Part shown: piece by piece, positions 62,792 to 63,089 of the stretch
Layout of the letters: each line of letters starts with the position of its first letter
Numbering within the stretch: position 1 is the stretch's first letter
From: a virus
Lineage: Duplodnaviria; Caudoviricetes
DNA: 63,089 bases
Direction: 5' to 3' (one strand)
IMG/VR virus record: IMGVR_UViG_3300044729_002069
Location: 1 to 63,089 of that record
The notes under the pieces: model-generated
Database searches by the model: none
What the model saw: only the letters and a program-made list of their open reading frames with translations
Told to the model about the DNA's origin: nothing
Program-made: the position numbers and the translations under genes

Positions 62792-63089
62792 CCCCGACTA
62801 CCGCGCCCTGTGCGCTGAGCTGCTGACCGCAATTCAGCTCTACACAAAGCTGAATCCTGCGTCTAGCGAAATGTCAGCCTTTGAGCTAACGGAGAAACTA
62901 ATGGACGCTATGGCTGCGACTAATGCCGCCCTGGCCCAGCTCGAACCGGAGGGGGATGAGGGAATAGATGATCTGGTTGCCTGGCTGTGGTCAATGCGCG
63001 ATCTGGCGGGGGAATGCAACCCTGATGAGCAACGCCGGTATGGACTGGCCGCCACATTGCTGGGGCAGAAAGCCGCCGAAACTACTCAC
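62784..63089 (+). CDS. Cyanophage-type hypothetical protein, truncated by the window edge
   Basis: MPDPDYRALCAEL...AALAQ.EPEG, open to the end of the window; AAGGAG ribosome-binding site. Confidence 0.7.
   Translation, partial: MPDPDYRALCAELLTAIQLYTKLNPASSEMSAFELTEKLMDAMAATNAALAQLEPEGDEGIDDLVAWLWSMRDLAGECNPDEQRRYGLAATLLGQKAAETTH

Overview
The window is a 63 kb piece of a tailed dsDNA phage genome with siphovirus-like architecture. The host is most likely a picocyanobacterium (Synechococcus/Cyanobium type), inferred from the short cyanophage-type ribonucleotide reductase pair, recurrent cyanophage small-protein families and cyanobacterial transcription-factor motifs. 1-34.7 kb: minus-strand virion module (tail fibres/spike, tail tip, tape measure, frameshifted tail chaperone, tail tube, head-tail connectors, major capsid, prohead protease, portal) with an embedded GT4/GT32/FkbM trio. 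34.7-36.6 kb: divergently transcribed large terminase. 37-44 kb: nucleotide-metabolism and small genes, plus a structured RNA cluster with two atypical tRNA-like elements. 44.4-45.4 kb: repeat-rich non-coding region, then an HNH gene. 50-63 kb: many small early-type genes. The most unusual part is 46.05-50.1 kb. There a ~2.3 kb coding island that almost lacks AC/GT/AT/TA dinucleotides (encoding a beta-clamp-like protein) is bracketed by dense arrays of apparent host transcription-factor sites: NtcA and Fur-like boxes on the left; 8 LexA boxes, paired LysR-type boxes and RpaB/HLR1 repeats on the right. I read this as a candidate first-entry, anti-defence or TF-decoy module, but that is inference. 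All protein calls come from motif recognition by eye; no database search was run.
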